Shown: one piece after another, positions 62,651 to 64,000 of the stretch
Layout: each line of letters starts with the position of its first letter
Numbering within the stretch: position 1 is the stretch's first letter
From: an uncultured Spirochaetota bacterium
GTDB taxonomy: Bacteria; Spirochaetota; Brevinematia; Brevinematales; JAOACQ01
Assembly: GCA_963783575.1 (NCBI GenBank)
Contig: CAWAOD010000015.1
Coordinates: forward strand, 128,001 to 192,000
Length of the DNA: 64,000 bases
Direction of reading: 5' to 3'
Translations under genes and position numbers: made by a program
Notes under the pieces: generated by a model
Database searches by the model: none
What the model was told of the DNA's origin: nothing
Seen by the model: the letters and a program-made list of their open reading frames with translations, nothing else

Positions 62651-63676
62651 TTACTTGGGCGTTGCTTCACCGCAGAAATACCGGTAATCGGCGTATTTAT
62701 TAAAAGAAATTCTTGCCGTCTTTTTTGTTTTAAATTCAAAACAATAGAACTGATGCCTTCCTTCCCGGTTTGAGAAATAAACGATTGCATTTTCATCGCA
62801 GGTAAATGCGGGGTAGAGTTCCTCAACATCTGCTCTGGAACGAGAGAAAACCAGTGCATTTGATATTATAAGTTTTTTTATATCAATTTCCGCGGTTACA
62901 AGAGGATGCCCCTCGTATGAGAAATTTCCCCAGGATTGATCGTATTCATAGGCTATCCGTGTTTCTCCCGGTGATAAAGTCAAACGTGAAGGTAACGCAT
63001 CCAGTTTGTATTGAAAGTTCAACCGCTCGTATTTCCCAATTTTTCCAGGTTCAGTGGTCAGAATATATATGAAGGGCGGGTGATAATACCCGTCATTATC
63101 CGGGCTGAAAGAAAACATATAGCTGTAATTGTTCCCGCCTCCTCTTCCGCTGGATACAATCATACGCCCGTCTTTCAGGCAGGAAAAACCAAATTCACTG
63201 TATTCCGGGTCGCTTAGAAGAACCTCATCCCCCGGGTGGGAATCTATTGCTGTCCTGTATATAAAATTTCTGTTCTTTTCGGGATCAAAACGGTTTATAA
63301 TGATGAAGTTTGATCCTTCCCGCGACCATGTCGGATTGAAATCGGCAAACTTACCGCTTGTTAAGGTACGTAAATCGGAACCGTCAGGCTTTATTACACA
63401 AATGGCTGTTTTCCATTTCTTTATTTCCATACCGTTGTTAGCTGCAATACGGAAAAATACAATCCATTTTCCGTCCTGCGACCATGACGGTTTATGATCG
63501 GGGAAACCGCTCGTTACCGGTTTTCCTTCCGGATTACCGAGGCTGTTGACATAAATTTCATAATTAACGGTATATGCCCCCCGTAAATTTACATTATTAG
63601 CGGCGGTTGAATTTTCATCAGCGAAAATCATGCGGAAAATAATTAATGAAAATATAAAGAAAAGTATAGGCTTCAT
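62651..63676 (-). CDS. TolB-like (PD40) beta-propeller secreted protein
   Basis: Signal peptide, PSWSQDGKWIVF, PTWS, PAF..D...YFSNR; colinear paralog of the downstream gene. Confidence 0.85.
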   Translation of the reverse strand: MKPILFFIFSLIIFRMIFADENSTAANNVNLRGAYTVNYEIYVNSLGNPEGKPVTSGFPDHKPSWSQDGKWIVFFRIAANNGMEIKKWKTAICVIKPDGSDLRTLTSGKFADFNPTWSREGSNFIIINRFDPEKNRNFIYRTAIDSHPGDEVLLSDPEYSEFGFSCLKDGRMIVSSGRGGGNNYSYMFSFSPDNDGYYHPPFIYILTTEPGKIGKYERLNFQYKLDALPSRLTLSPGETRIAYEYDQSWGNFSYEGHPLVTAEIDIKKLIISNALVFSRSRADVEELYPAFTCDENAIVYFSNREGRHQFYCFEFKTKKTARISFNKYADYRYFCGEATPK

Positions 63677-64000
63677 AATTTCCTCCCAAATTTTTTAATA
63701 ATTAATATTATAATTCAAGAATATAGTTATTCAATAGGAATTTTGGACTAGTATCTGTTAATTTTTGAATAGGAAATATGGCTCATTAATTTAAATACTT
63801 TTAATTTATTTTGATTAATTCAAATTCCTCATTATAATAAATGAAATTTAAGTTCAGGCTTTGCAGAATGAGATATTTATTATTCATTTTTTATCTTCTT
63901 TCCTATACAACTGGATTTGCGGCTTTGACCCTGACGATTCTTTTGTTTTTAAAGTTCAGGATTCAGGCGGTGCTTTATTATGTCATCTGGCTTGTCGCGT

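Noticed and set aside
149..63497. Many short antisense or alternate-frame ORFs in the ORF track
   Set aside because: They are nested within well-supported genes and are expected shadow ORFs
63860..64000. c-di-GMP riboswitch or partial CDS at the window end
   Set aside because: It does not match the GEMM consensus; a possible minus-strand gene end (stop at 63949-51) is too short to identify

Overview
AT-rich bacterial genomic window (the lipoprotein, CBM and chemotaxis content would fit a spirochaete-like organism, but taxonomy is only a guess). 0.1-20 kb: a large biosynthetic or envelope-modification locus with four glycosyltransferases, five radical SAM enzymes (two B12-binding), a stand-alone NRPS condensation domain, an acyl carrier protein, an ATP-grasp-like ligase, an ABC-2 exporter and a thioester-reductase-like SDR; no adenylation domain is visible. 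22.9-32.5 kb: a chemotaxis locus (cheB, cheD, cheR, atypical MCP-like gene, cheA, cheY, cheW, MCP). 32.7-44 kb: an Lsa-like ABC-F gene with a candidate uORF attenuator, an MBL-fold hydrolase, a serine hydrolase, a sugar-ABC operon with an apparent acyltransferase-3/permease fusion and a lipoprotein AGE-family epimerase, and araA. 43.9-45.6 kb: an intact IS1182-family element inserted in a REP-like palindrome. 50.5-63.7 kb: an array of exported lipoproteins (three transglutaminase-like, one metallopeptidase-like, a DUF362-like protein, two TolB-like propellers). Eight single-base frameshifts and one in-frame stop split otherwise normal genes and are probably consensus errors. No rRNA, tRNA or CRISPR array was seen. 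All family calls come from motifs recognised by eye, not from database searches.
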